This document shows positions 60,044 through 64,000 of a stretch of 64,000 nt of DNA, piece by piece (the stretch's first letter is position 1; every line of letters starts with the position of its first letter). The position numbers were made by a program, and so were the translations under genes. Origin of the DNA: a virus (lineage: Duplodnaviria; Caudoviricetes). Under the pieces are notes generated by a model, which saw nothing but the letters and a program-made list of their open reading frames with translations, had not been told where the DNA came from and did no database searches. The DNA lies in IMG/VR virus record IMGVR_UViG_3300009431_000002, positions 96,001 through 160,000 of that record; one strand, 5' to 3'.

Positions 60044-61425
60044 TCCAGTTCCACAGGCTCGACCGAGACAAAGCGTACCGGGAATCCATGCTCTGGGTGC
60101 CCAAGTACCTCGTGCCCGTGGAGACCCTGGAGGCCTCGCTGACCTACTGGTTCACCGAGACCGACGACGAGGGCAACTCCTTCGTCGCCAAGCTGGAGTG
60201 CTGGGCGGAAGAGGCTCGGCACTTCGTGCTGCCGCGGGAGTTCCCGCAGGAAGAGGTCCCCTGCGAGGTCGTCGACCTCTCTCCACGCACCGAGCGCGTC
60301 ACGTTCAACGACGACATCGCTCCCCGCGACGACGTACAGGTCGAGGCCATGGCGGCGATGCGCGGAGCCCAGACAGGCATCCTCAACCTCGGCTGCGGCC
60401 GGGGCAAGACCGTCGTCGCTCTGGAGCGCATCGCCCGCGGCGGCGGACCCGGGCTCGTCGTGGTCAACAACACCGGCATCCAGGCGCAGTGGCGCAAGGA
60501 GGCACGCGCCCGGCTCCGACTCCCGGCGGCCGACATCGGCATGGTCGGCGGGGACAGCCCCAAACGCAACGAGCTGCTCGAGTGGATGAAGCCGCTGGTC
60601 CTCGTGACCGTCCAGACCCTGTGGCGTCGCATCGTCGAGGGCCGCGTCCCTGAGACCGTCCGTCGGCGGTTCACGACGGTGGCGTTCGACGAGGCCCACC
60701 ACATGAGCGCGCCGAAGTTCAACATCGCCAGCGGCTTCTTCACCGGCGACCGCTTCGGCCTGACGGCCACGGCTCAGCGCACCGACGGCAACGAGAGGTT
60801 CTACCTCTACCACCTGGGGCAGGTCCTCTACCGGAACATGGAGGTGGACGTACCGCCCATCTGCTACTTCGCCCACACGGGCATCGCGCCGACCGTCGCA
60901 GAGCGGAACAGGTTCTTCGTCAACGACATGGTGAACATCGGCCGCGTCCGTGAGTGGCAGGCCAAGAACGCGCGACGCAACACCATGATCGCCAGGCTGG
61001 CGAAAGACGCGGTGGGCGGCGGCAACAAGGTGATCGCCCTCACCCACAACAAGAAGGATCACATCCCGCGGCTGAAGAAGAAGCTGCCGGAGTCTGGGGA
61101 GGTGACCGGGAACGTCAAGGGCGAGGCGCGACTGGTGAATCTGCACGGGAACGACGTGGTCGTCGGGACGGTGCAGGCTGCACAGGAGGCGCTGGACAAG
61201 CCGGAGCTGAACGTCGGCATCTGGTGCACCACCTTCCCCAACGAGAACGAGTTTCAGCAGGGGACCGGCCGTCTGGCTCGCCAGTACCCCGGGAAGGACG
61301 TGGCCAAGGCCATCTTCCTGGTGGACGACGTCCCCATCTGCCACGACCACGCCCGCAAGCTGGAGCGATACGCCCGCAAGCGGGGATACCGAACCGAACA
61401 CTTCAAGCTGGAGGACATCGCATGA
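60040..61425 (+). CDS. Superfamily 2 helicase (UvsW/XPB-like)
   Basis: GCGRGKT, DEAHH, LTATAQRTDG, QEALDKPEL, QQGTGRLAR. Confidence 0.88.
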   Translation: MIQFHRLDRDKAYRESMLWVPKYLVPVETLEASLTYWFTETDDEGNSFVAKLECWAEEARHFVLPREFPQEEVPCEVVDLSPRTERVTFNDDIAPRDDVQVEAMAAMRGAQTGILNLGCGRGKTVVALERIARGGGPGLVVVNNTGIQAQWRKEARARLRLPAADIGMVGGDSPKRNELLEWMKPLVLVTVQTLWRRIVEGRVPETVRRRFTTVAFDEAHHMSAPKFNIASGFFTGDRFGLTATAQRTDGNERFYLYHLGQVLYRNMEVDVPPICYFAHTGIAPTVAERNRFFVNDMVNIGRVREWQAKNARRNTMIARLAKDAVGGGNKVIALTHNKKDHIPRLKKKLPESGEVTGNVKGEARLVNLHGNDVVVGTVQAAQEALDKPELNVGIWCTTFPNENEFQQGTGRLARQYPGKDVAKAIFLVDDVPICHDHARKLERYARKRGYRTEHFKLEDIA

Positions 61426-61913
61426 ACAAACCCGTCAAGATCCACACCGCCGGCCCCAATGAGAAGCAGGCCGAGTTCCGCAGGGAGCTGGAGGAGCTCT
61501 ACGAGAAGGCCGAGGGCGACCACCTCATCCTCATGTACGCCCACCCGACCGCCGCCTACATGGGCCGCCGTACGAACTCCGTGACCGACACGGTCGTCAA
61601 GCTCGAGAACGTCTGCTCCGTGCTCACGGCTCGCGTCCCGCAGGGCGGCGCCCTCGTCGGGACGGGCAAGCCGCAGATGGGCCGGGCGCTGGTGATCGAG
61701 CCCCCCGCCGGCGGCGAGCTGGGCATGGTCGAGAAGATGACGTTCCCCACGAGCATGCCCATCGCCGAGCTCCAGAACCTGTCTCCTCGGGACCAGCACC
61801 GGCTGCTGGAGAGCTACCTCGACCTCATCGTGGGGTCCGAGCGGAACCGCGAGACCGCCCTCGGCCCCGACCCCGAGGAGGACGACGGTGAGCCGAGTCC
61901 TGTCGAAGCGTGA
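61422..61913 (+). CDS. Hypothetical protein, 163 aa
   Basis: ATGA coupling; native codon usage. Confidence 0.7.
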   Translation: MNKPVKIHTAGPNEKQAEFRRELEELYEKAEGDHLILMYAHPTAAYMGRRTNSVTDTVVKLENVCSVLTARVPQGGALVGTGKPQMGRALVIEPPAGGELGMVEKMTFPTSMPIAELQNLSPRDQHRLLESYLDLIVGSERNRETALGPDPEEDDGEPSPVEA

Positions 61914-62742
61914 GCTGCTGACCCGCGACAAGTGGGCCCGCGCCCAGATGGACGCGCTGGAGGAGGAGTACGCGGAGTGCGCGCGCTGCCCCACCATGGT
62001 CGACACCGGATGGTGGACGCGCGGCCACATCGTCTTCGGCGAGGGTGCGGCCAACGCGGACATCTCGGTCTTCGGCATCGCCCCCGGCGAGCAGGAGGAC
62101 GAGACCGGGCTCCCCTTCATCGGCCCCACCGGCCAGTTGCTCGACGACCTGCTCCTGCGGGCCTGTCCCTACAAGGAGCTGGACCCCTACCGTGTCGAGC
62201 GCAACCTGAACAGAGGGGAGTGGCGCGAGGTGCGCCAGATCCTCGTGGAGAAGGAGCGGCTCTTCTACTCCAACGTCACCCTCTGTCGTCCGGTCAAGCA
62301 AGAATACAACGACCGGAAGGACGTGATGGAGCTGCGCAACCGTGACCCGTCCAAGGTGGAGTACGACAACTGCGCCGAGCGGCTGCGCGAGACCTTGTAC
62401 ATCAACGACCCCTTCCTCGTGATCGCCCTCGGAGGTGTCGCGCTCACCGCGCTGATGGCACTGGACGAACGCGTGGCCCGCTCCAAGAAGTTCAGCGTCC
62501 TCGACCTGCTGGGCGAGGTCCTCGAGCTCCAGATCCCAGGGGTCATCCGGCCCGTCCGCTACCCGCTCCTGGTGCTTCCGCACCCAGCCTTCCTGCTGCG
62601 CAAGTGGGATCCCAGAGAGCGCCGAGGCTTCGTCCAACGCACCCAGCAGGGCCTCAAGCGAGGTCTTCGCATCGTCGACACCGCAAGACACGAAACGATG
62701 GGGACGGCTGTCCCCGAACGCACAGAGAAGAAACGGAGGTGA
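61888..62742 (+). CDS. Uracil-DNA glycosylase, family 4-like (Fe-S)
   Basis: CARC, VFGEG, GIAPGEQED...PFIGPTG, SNVTLCRP...NRDP...C, LPHPAFLLR. Confidence 0.88.
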   Translation: MSRVLSKRELLTRDKWARAQMDALEEEYAECARCPTMVDTGWWTRGHIVFGEGAANADISVFGIAPGEQEDETGLPFIGPTGQLLDDLLLRACPYKELDPYRVERNLNRGEWREVRQILVEKERLFYSNVTLCRPVKQEYNDRKDVMELRNRDPSKVEYDNCAERLRETLYINDPFLVIALGGVALTALMALDERVARSKKFSVLDLLGEVLELQIPGVIRPVRYPLLVLPHPAFLLRKWDPRERRGFVQRTQQGLKRGLRIVDTARHETMGTAVPERTEKKRR

Positions 62743-62744
62743 AT

Positions 62745-63200
62745 ATGAGCGAGGTCGGAGCTCAGCTCATGGAGGCGGCGCACCGCGCCATCGAGAAGTT
62801 CGAGGAGGCGGACCGCCTGTACACGGATACCCTGGCGGAGCTGGAGGAGGAGGACCCCGAGGGGTTCCAGGAGCTCTACCGCTGCCTCGAGGAGCGCAAC
62901 ACCGCGGTCACGGTCGCCCGCGCGGCCGTCCGCAAGGCCAAGACCAAGGTCGGCAAGTTCCGCGTCGTCGTCAACCGCGGCGTCGAGTTCGACGTTGACG
63001 CCTTCATCGAGATGGCCAAGAAGCTGGGCATCTACGAGGAGCTGGTCGACGCCGGCGCCGTCAAGACCACCATCAACCAGACCACGCTCAAGAAGAACGT
63101 CACGGAGGACCAGCTGCAGCGCCTCAAGGAGGGCTGCGGCAAGGTCATCGAGAAGAGCGTCTCCGTGTACGGACCCAAGGAGCTGGGGACGCTGAAGTGA
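62745..63200 (+). CDS. Coiled-coil protein, possibly Gam/gp157-like
   Basis: Long helical N-terminus and KTTINQTTLKK-like C-terminal segment; weak resemblance only. Confidence 0.55.
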   Translation: MSEVGAQLMEAAHRAIEKFEEADRLYTDTLAELEEEDPEGFQELYRCLEERNTAVTVARAAVRKAKTKVGKFRVVVNRGVEFDVDAFIEMAKKLGIYEELVDAGAVKTTINQTTLKKNVTEDQLQRLKEGCGKVIEKSVSVYGPKELGTLK

Positions 63201-63595
63201 CGGGCAGCCACATCGTCCGGCGCCGGCTGGAGTTCTCGATGGAGCGCTACGCAGTGCTCCACTCAGACGCCGCGCCGGTGCGGGACGTGTGGGAGGGCCC
63301 CGAACTTCCGTTCCCGGAGGAGATCCTGGACATGATCGACAACCTCGTGACGACCGAGAACCCCGGGCGGATGACGCTCGGGTCCAACCTGGACTTCAAG
63401 GAGTTCGGCTCCGGCTTCGGCGCCCACGTCTCCCTGTCCTTCGACATCGACCAGACCACCGAGGCCGCCGAGACGGCGCGCGAGCGGGTCGGCGAGTTCC
63501 TCGTCGGGCTCGTCGCCGAGCAGACCGTGGAGGCCCAGCACATGTGGGAGGACCTGAAGTCCGGAGCCCAGGCAACGCTGAAGGCCAGCACGTAG
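63197..63595 (+). CDS. Hypothetical protein, 132 aa
   Basis: GTGA coupling; native codon usage. Confidence 0.7.
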   Translation: MTGSHIVRRRLEFSMERYAVLHSDAAPVRDVWEGPELPFPEEILDMIDNLVTTENPGRMTLGSNLDFKEFGSGFGAHVSLSFDIDQTTEAAETARERVGEFLVGLVAEQTVEAQHMWEDLKSGAQATLKAST

Positions 63596-63619
63596 CGGTG
63601 ACTGCACCGCGGAGGCGCC

Positions 63620-64000
63620 ATGGCGCACCCTGAGATCATCCTGCTCACGCAGATCATCGAGGACGGCAACTACCAAATCCTCAAGGACAACGACGTCGAC
63701 GTCACCTACTTCACTACGCAGGAGGGGCGCGCCGTCTACCGACTGCTGACCAAGCGGTTCCACAACCGCACGACCTACGGCACCGTCCCCTCCATGGACC
63801 TCGTCCGACACACGGTCCAGGGGTTCCGGCCGGTCTCGACCGGCGACGACGTCGACATGCTGGTCGAGGACCTGCTGGCGTCGAAGCTGCGCAACGATCT
63901 GCTGGGGTTGAGCGAGGAGATCACGGACCTGGTCGACCGGGACCAGTCCGAGAAGGCGGTTCGCGCCGTCATCGACGCGTCGACACAACTGGGGAAATCC
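63620..64000 (+). CDS. Probable DnaB-like replicative helicase, N-terminus (partial)
   Basis: My translation MAHPEIILLTQIIEDGNYQIL...GTVPSMDLVRHTVQGFRPV..., open to the window end, after GGAGG. Helicase call rests on the N-terminal pattern and replication context; ATPase motifs are outside the window. Confidence 0.5.
   Translation, partial: MAHPEIILLTQIIEDGNYQILKDNDVDVTYFTTQEGRAVYRLLTKRFHNRTTYGTVPSMDLVRHTVQGFRPVSTGDDVDMLVEDLLASKLRNDLLGLSEEITDLVDRDQSEKAVRAVIDASTQLGKS

Noticed and set aside
1-64000. Alternative genetic code or stop-codon reassignment, as in some large phages
   Set aside because: Long genes are intact under the standard code, and TAG and TGA both end genes at coupled junctions.
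1-64000. CRISPR array, tRNA/rRNA genes, IS elements, introns or inteins
   Set aside because: No regularly spaced direct repeats, cloverleaf-sized gaps, transposase motifs or interrupted core genes were seen by eye; intergenic gaps are mostly very short. A tRNAscan/Infernal run would be needed to exclude small RNAs.

Overview
This 64 kb window is part of a large, GC-rich tailed myovirus-like (jumbo-type) phage genome, standard genetic code; I see no host housekeeping genes, tRNAs, integrase or CRISPR array. The minus strand carries the virion module: tail-associated proteins, a very long tail sheath, neck proteins, major capsid protein, prohead protease, terminase, baseplate spike and portal. 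It also carries about 20 putative internal head proteins, a SWIM protein, an Snf2 ATPase, a pyrophosphatase-domain protein and a 2048-aa single-chain beta-beta' RNA polymerase. Plus-strand blocks hold regulation, repair and replication genes (HTH proteins, ParB, RNase HII, MmcB-like nuclease, SF2 helicase, family-4-like UDG, start of a probable DnaB-like helicase). Most notable: (1) a candidate capsid-packaged transcription kit, with a cysteine-free RNAP lacking both zinc sites and a cysteine-free Snf2; (2) a shared F-x-D-E-L-x-K-I-A / K-x-A tag in many head-module proteins; (3) six copies of a palindrome CGACAC(A/T)GTGTCG plus a ParB gene; (4) sigma70-like promoters on virion operons versus a GG(C/T/G)A(C/T)AAG motif before plus-strand genes. 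All functional calls come from motif recognition by eye, not database searches.
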